Source of the DNA: Aeromicrobium sp.
GTDB taxonomy: Bacteria > Actinomycetota > Actinomycetes > Propionibacteriales > Nocardioidaceae
Reading direction: 5' to 3'
Assembly (NCBI RefSeq): GCF_047607065.1
Contig: NZ_JASGDU010000054.1
Span: forward strand, 135-64,134
DNA length: 64,000 nucleotides
This document shows positions 60,113-64,000 of the stretch, one piece after another. Under the pieces are notes generated by a model, which saw only the letters and a list, made by a program, of their open reading frames with translations, ran no database searches and had not been told where the DNA came from. Numbering within the stretch: the first letter of the stretch is position 1; each line of letters begins with the position of its first letter. Made by a program: the position numbers and the translations under genes.

Positions 60113-60142
60113 TGCCAGGGGATCGGTGGCCCGCTGCGGGCC

Positions 60143-60937
60143 TCAACTGCGGTCGGCGAGGGGCTTGGGGTCGTTGCCCGGCAGGCCGGCGAAGGTCTGG
60201 ACGACGTTCAGCCAGTCGTCGGCCGCCTCGCCCTCGGCGCGCACGTCGACATCGACGCGATGCCGGCGGCGGGTCGCCAGCAGGGCGAAATCCCACGCAC
60301 TGCCGGTGACCCGGTTCTCGGCGTCTTCCGGTCCCCACGTCCAGGCCTGGCCCGACGGCCCGACCAGCTCGACGCGGACCTCGGCCTCCGGGGCCTCCTT
60401 CCCGCGCATGAGATAGGCGAAGCTGCGGGTGCGGACCCCGAGATGGCAGACGTGCCGCACCCGGTCGCTGCGCGGCACGTCGATGCCGAGGGCGTCGGCG
60501 ATGTCGTACCCGTGCGCCCAGCTCTCCATGAGCCGCGCCGTCGCCATCGAGGCCGCGCTCATCGGCGGGCCGAACCAGGCGATCTTCGTGCCGCCCGGCA
60601 CAGCCGCCAGCGCCCCCGCGAGCCGGGTGCGCGAGTCGCGCCAATGGTGCAGCAGTGATTCCGGCGCGATCTCCACGAGCCGTTCGGTCTCGGTGTCGAC
60701 GAAGCCGAACGGATCCTGCTGGGCCAGATGCACCAGCTGGTCCCACTCCTCGCCGGCGGCGATGGCGGCCAGGCTGGCTCGGTCGGTCCACATCAGGTGC
60801 GCGATCTGGTGCCGCACGGTCCAGCCCTCGGGGGTGGTGACGGTATCCCAGCCGGCGTCGTCCAGGGTACTCACCCAGTCGTCGATCTGATCGCTCTCGG
60901 CGGCCAGGTCGGCCAGGACGGCAGTCGCAGTGCTCAT
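60143..60937 (-). CDS. mycothiol-dependent maleylpyruvate isomerase-like DinB-fold protein (TIGR03084-type)
   Basis: The ATG at 60937 gives MSTATAVLADLAAESDQIDDWV...WTVRHQIAHL. ATGA overlap with the tetR stop. Track ORF 60143..61468 is over-extended. Confidence 0.8.
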   Translation of the reverse strand: MSTATAVLADLAAESDQIDDWVSTLDDAGWDTVTTPEGWTVRHQIAHLMWTDRASLAAIAAGEEWDQLVHLAQQDPFGFVDTETERLVEIAPESLLHHWRDSRTRLAGALAAVPGGTKIAWFGPPMSAASMATARLMESWAHGYDIADALGIDVPRSDRVRHVCHLGVRTRSFAYLMRGKEAPEAEVRVELVGPSGQAWTWGPEDAENRVTGSAWDFALLATRRRHRVDVDVRAEGEAADDWLNVVQTFAGLPGNDPKPLADRS

Positions 60938-61554
60938 CGGGGGTCCTTGTCTAGTTCGTGGTCGAGGGTGATGGCCCAGGCGTCGAGGATCATGGCGCGT
61001 CGGGCGCTGTCGTCGCTGAGCGAGGCCGCCAGGGCCAGGCCGCGCGTCAGATCGAGGGTCGCCTGCACGAGCTGGCGATTGCGCCCCCGGCTCTCGTCGA
61101 TGTCCAGCAGGGACACGGTGTAGCGGTGCGCGTCGCGGCCGAAACGCCGTTCCAGGGGGGCGACGGCTTCGCGCAGCACGGGGTCGGTGCGCGCCGCGAC
61201 CCACAGTTCGAGCGCAGCGAAGAAGACCGGCGAGACGTACAGGTCGGCGATGAGGTTGAGCGCGGCACGGGTGCGGCCCCGTTCCGGAGGCAGCCGCGCG
61301 GCCGAAGCCGCGATCTCGGTGTGCCGCCGCTCGGACAGATGGTCGAGAGCGGCCATGACGAGGTCGGACTTGGTGGGGAAATGGTGCAACTGCGCCCCGC
61401 GGCTGACGCCGGCCCGTTTGCTGACGACGGTCGTGGTGGTGCCGGTCCACCCATACTCGACGAGGCATTCGACGGTGGCCTCCATCAGCCGCTGGCGCAT
61501 GGCTCGGGTGCGCTCTTCCTGCGGCACGCGCGCGGGCGGGATCGGGGTCGACAC
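60934..61554 (-). CDS. TetR/AcrR family transcriptional regulator
   Basis: RQRLMEATVECLVEYGWTGTTTTVVSKRAGVSRGAQLHHFPTKSDLV is the TetR HTH. Confidence 0.85.
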   Translation of the reverse strand: MSTPIPPARVPQEERTRAMRQRLMEATVECLVEYGWTGTTTTVVSKRAGVSRGAQLHHFPTKSDLVMAALDHLSERRHTEIAASAARLPPERGRTRAALNLIADLYVSPVFFAALELWVAARTDPVLREAVAPLERRFGRDAHRYTVSLLDIDESRGRNRQLVQATLDLTRGLALAASLSDDSARRAMILDAWAITLDHELDKDPR

Positions 61555-61647
61555 GCCTCCAGCATGGAGACAGCCGAAGAAACAGTCAAGGCTGCCGGTT
61601 TCTCGGTCGGCGAGTCCGGGGCAATGCGGTTATTCTGCGAGTACTTG

Positions 61648-61665
61648 CCGCAACACCGGTTGCGG
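61648..61665. promoter_or_regulatory. candidate TetR operator
   Basis: CCGCAAC-accg-GTTGCGG perfect 7-bp inverted repeat in the tetR / 61696 divergent region. Speculative. Confidence 0.25.
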
Positions 61666-61695
61666 TCACCGAATCACTGACGTGGGGATAAAACG

Positions 61696-63456
61696 ATGAG
61701 CGAATCGCTGCCACCGCCTCCTGGCCCGTCCGGCATGCTGCCGCCACCGCCGGTCGACACCGCGCCCGCCGCAGGCGGCGCTGCGGCGGCCGGTGGAGGC
61801 GGGGGTGCAGCCCTGAAGATCGGTGCCGGGGTCGTCGGCCTGGCTCTCGTCGGCGGAGGGGCTTTCGGCGCGAAGGTCCTGTGGGACAACACCCTCGGCG
61901 GCGGCGGTCCGCAGCCGGCTGACGCGCTGCCCGCGAGCACCGTGGCCTACGCGCGGATCGACCTCGACCCCTCGGCCAGCCAGAAGGTTGCACTGCTGGA
62001 CCTCATCGACCGGGTGCCCGAGGTCAAGGAGGAGTTCGGTCTGGAAGACGTCGACTCCCAGGCCGACCTGCGTGAGGTCGCTTTCACCGACTGGTTCGAC
62101 ATCGAGGGTTCCTGCGACGTCGACTACGACGCCGACGTCAAGCCGTGGATCGGCGAGCGGGCCGGCATCGCGCTGATCGGCGACTTCGAGATCAGCGACG
62201 ACGAGCAGGACACCGCGCAGTCCGTCGCGGAGAACACCGCCCTGGTCATTCAGGTGACCGACGAGGACAAGGCGCGCGAAGGCATCACCAAGCTGGCGAC
62301 CGAGTGCGGGGTCATGGACGACCTCGCCGACGGTCTCGACCTCGACAACGAGGAGCCGGGCATTGTCTTCCGGGACGGCTTCGCCGTGGTCGCGGTGAGC
62401 CAGGAGGCCGCCGACGCCATCGACCAGGCCACGTCCGACAAGGGCACCCTGGCCAGCAACGACCGGTTCTCGGCCGACATGGACGCCCTCGGCGAGGACG
62501 GCATCTTCTCGGCCTGGTACGACGAGCGCACGCTCATGGGCAAGGTCGACGAAGCGCTCGACGAGTTCGGCGACGATGTGCCCGATGATGTCCACGACAT
62601 GGTTCAGGCCTACTCGAAGGTCGAGTCGGCGGCGTTCACCATCCGCGCGAGCGAGGAGTCGCTGGAGGCTGCGGGCGTAACGACGCTTGAGGACGGCTTC
62701 GAGACGCCCGATGCCGACAGCCTCGCGGGCCTGCCGGCCGACACCCTGGTCGGCGTGTCCATCGTGGGCGGCGGTCAGTGGATCGAGGAGGGCTGGGATT
62801 CCTTCGCGCCGATGGCCGAGCTGTACCTGCTGGACTCGTATGCCTGCCCGTACTACGACGACTACGAGTACGGTTACGACTACACCTGCGAACCGCCGTC
62901 GTTCGACGACATGGTCGACGACTTCGAGAGCGAGACCGGCCTGAAGGTGCCCGACGACCTGGCGACGCTGCTGGGCACGGAGTTCAACCTCTACGTCGGT
63001 TCCGAGGGCGTGGAGGACCTCAAGAACGCCGATGATGAGGCCGAGGCGCTGGAGACCCTCAACGCGGGAATCGAGATCACCTCCGACGGTGATGTGGCGG
63101 GTGTGTTGGAAGACCTCATGGACTTCGCCGGGGCCGACCTGGACATCACCGAGACTGACGGCGGTGCCATCATCGCCACGAACGACGATGCCGCCGAGAC
63201 GCTGGAGAGTGACGACGGCCTGGGTGAGTCCGAGACGTTCTCCTCGGTTATCAGCCAGCAGGACAACCCGATGGGCGGTGTCTACGTTGACATCGCGGGT
63301 GTGATCGACGCGCTCAAGTCCTTCGACGCCATTGACACCGGTGATGCCGACGACCTGGCATTCCTCAAGGCCTTCGGTCTGACGACGTGGCAGGAGAGCG
63401 ACAACGTCATCGGATTCAGTGCGAAACTGAGCTTCAACCCCGCCGACAGCGAGTAG
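61696..63456 (+). CDS. hypothetical membrane-anchored, highly acidic extracytoplasmic protein (DUF3352-like)
   Basis: Pro/Gly/Ala-rich N-terminus, one TM (IGAGVVGLALVGGGAF), then a 500-aa Asp/Glu-rich domain. The family assignment is from memory only. Confidence 0.5.
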   Translation: MSESLPPPPGPSGMLPPPPVDTAPAAGGAAAAGGGGGAALKIGAGVVGLALVGGGAFGAKVLWDNTLGGGGPQPADALPASTVAYARIDLDPSASQKVALLDLIDRVPEVKEEFGLEDVDSQADLREVAFTDWFDIEGSCDVDYDADVKPWIGERAGIALIGDFEISDDEQDTAQSVAENTALVIQVTDEDKAREGITKLATECGVMDDLADGLDLDNEEPGIVFRDGFAVVAVSQEAADAIDQATSDKGTLASNDRFSADMDALGEDGIFSAWYDERTLMGKVDEALDEFGDDVPDDVHDMVQAYSKVESAAFTIRASEESLEAAGVTTLEDGFETPDADSLAGLPADTLVGVSIVGGGQWIEEGWDSFAPMAELYLLDSYACPYYDDYEYGYDYTCEPPSFDDMVDDFESETGLKVPDDLATLLGTEFNLYVGSEGVEDLKNADDEAEALETLNAGIEITSDGDVAGVLEDLMDFAGADLDITETDGGAIIATNDDAAETLESDDGLGESETFSSVISQQDNPMGGVYVDIAGVIDALKSFDAIDTGDADDLAFLKAFGLTTWQESDNVIGFSAKLSFNPADSE

Positions 63457-63470
63457 GAGTAGGCCCACCC

Positions 63471-63566
63471 GGTCCCTGAGGTGCTGCGACGAAGGAGCAG
63501 CCTCGAAGGGACTTGCCACGGCAGGCTTCGAGGCTCGGCCGCAGGCGGCCTCACACCTCAGCCAGC
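63471..63566. repeat. palindromic repeat family, inverted unit pair (cluster N1)
   Basis: ggtccctgaggtgctgcgacgaaggagcagcctcgaagggac-ttgccacggcagg-cttcgaggctcggccgcaggcggcctcacacctcagccagc. Confidence 0.85.
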
Positions 63567-63588
63567 GGGCTTCGTAGGCCGAACGCGA

Positions 63589-63624
63589 CAGGGGCCGCCG
63601 GGAAGTATTTCCCGGCGGCCCCTG
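63589..63624. terminator. 16-bp perfect hairpin between two repeat elements
   Basis: CAGGGGCCGCCGGGAA (63589-63604), loop gtat, TTCCCGGCGGCCCCTG (63609-63624). No U tract on either strand. Confidence 0.55.
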
Positions 63625-63641
63625 CCGTTCGTCGCGGCCCT

Positions 63642-63777
63642 CAGAACGTGCGCGGATAGGCGGAATCCGGTCATCGAGGTGCGAGCTTGCGAGCCTCGAA
63701 ATGACCTACCACCGCAGGCTTCGAGGCTCCGGCCGCAAGCGGCCTACGCACCTCAGCCAGCGCCTATCCGCGCATCC
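63642..63777. repeat. palindromic repeat family, best-preserved full-length composite (cluster N2)
   Basis: Perfect 13-bp TIR: GCGCGGATAGGCG (63650-63662) and CGCCTATCCGCGC (63761-63773). It encloses ggtcatcgaggtgcgagcttgcgagcctcgaaatgacc, the spacer taccaccgcagg, then cttcgaggctccggccgcaagcggcctacgcacctcagccag. Confidence 0.9.
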
Positions 63778-63779
63778 AC

Positions 63780-64000
63780 TCAGGCGGTACGGCGGCGCCA
63801 GCGGCTCCACCAGCGCTGCTTGCGCTTCGGCTGCGGCGCGGCGGGCTGGGCCTGGGGTCCGGGGGCGGTGGGTGCCTCGCCGACGACGTAGCCGTCGATG
63901 ACCGGCTGCTCGACCGGCTCTTCCGGCACCAACTCGCCGACGATGGGTTCGACCGAGACGCTGCCGGACTCCTCGCTGGCTTCGGGCTTGACCGGCTCGC
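63780..64000 (-). CDS. C-terminal end of an unidentified protein (5' part beyond the right edge)
   Basis: Own minus-strand translation gives ...EPVKPEASEESGSVSVEPIVGELVPEEPVEQPVIDGYVVGEAPTAPGPQAQPAAPQPKRKQRWWSRWRRRTA, with the stop at 63780-63782. It is open to the window edge and has a low-complexity acidic/Pro region followed by a basic Trp/Arg tail. No family recognised. Confidence 0.4.
   Translation of the reverse strand, partial: EPVKPEASEESGSVSVEPIVGELVPEEPVEQPVIDGYVVGEAPTAPGPQAQPAAPQPKRKQRWWSRWRRRTA

Overview
High-GC (roughly 70%) actinobacterial chromosomal segment, gene-dense, mostly housekeeping, envelope and lipid metabolism. I call about 54 CDS:
- dnaX (partial)
- ino1-padR-ponA1
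- a circularly permuted ATP-grasp / alpha-E / transglutaminase triad
- a HAMP class III adenylate cyclase
- a PLD-like protein divergent from a HelD-like helicase that overlaps a membrane metallophosphoesterase
- a fused trpE(G) preceded by a Trp-codon leader and attenuator
- mprA-mprB-pepD
- a TPP-riboswitch-controlled ykoEDC-type transporter
- maoC-fadE
- merR / fadA-fadB
- rmlA-rmlB-rmlCD
- two ArsA/Get3-like ATPases, then whiB4, ponA2 and a metallophosphoesterase
- nhaP
- a lower-GC islet with a pyruvyl transferase and a GlfT2-like galactofuranosyltransferase
- capA
- tetR plus a mycothiol-type DinB enzyme

RNA genes are tRNA-Ser(GGA), tRNA-Pro(CGG) and an SRP (4.5S) RNA that the ORF track cannot show. 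No transposase, integrase, cas or phage genes are visible.

The most unusual signal is non-coding. A family of nested-palindrome repeats has the unit GGTCCCTGAGGTGCGAG-loop-GAGCCTCGAAGGGACC. The units are often paired head-to-head and sometimes bounded by GCGGATAGGCG terminal inverted repeats. The family occupies 16 clusters in 15 intergenic regions. These lie almost only at gene 3' ends: 12 of 13 convergent junctions, 0 of 13 divergent ones. Two subfamilies differ by paired substitutions that keep the hairpin stem.

All calls come from reading the sequence and ORF translations by eye. No database search or folding program was run.
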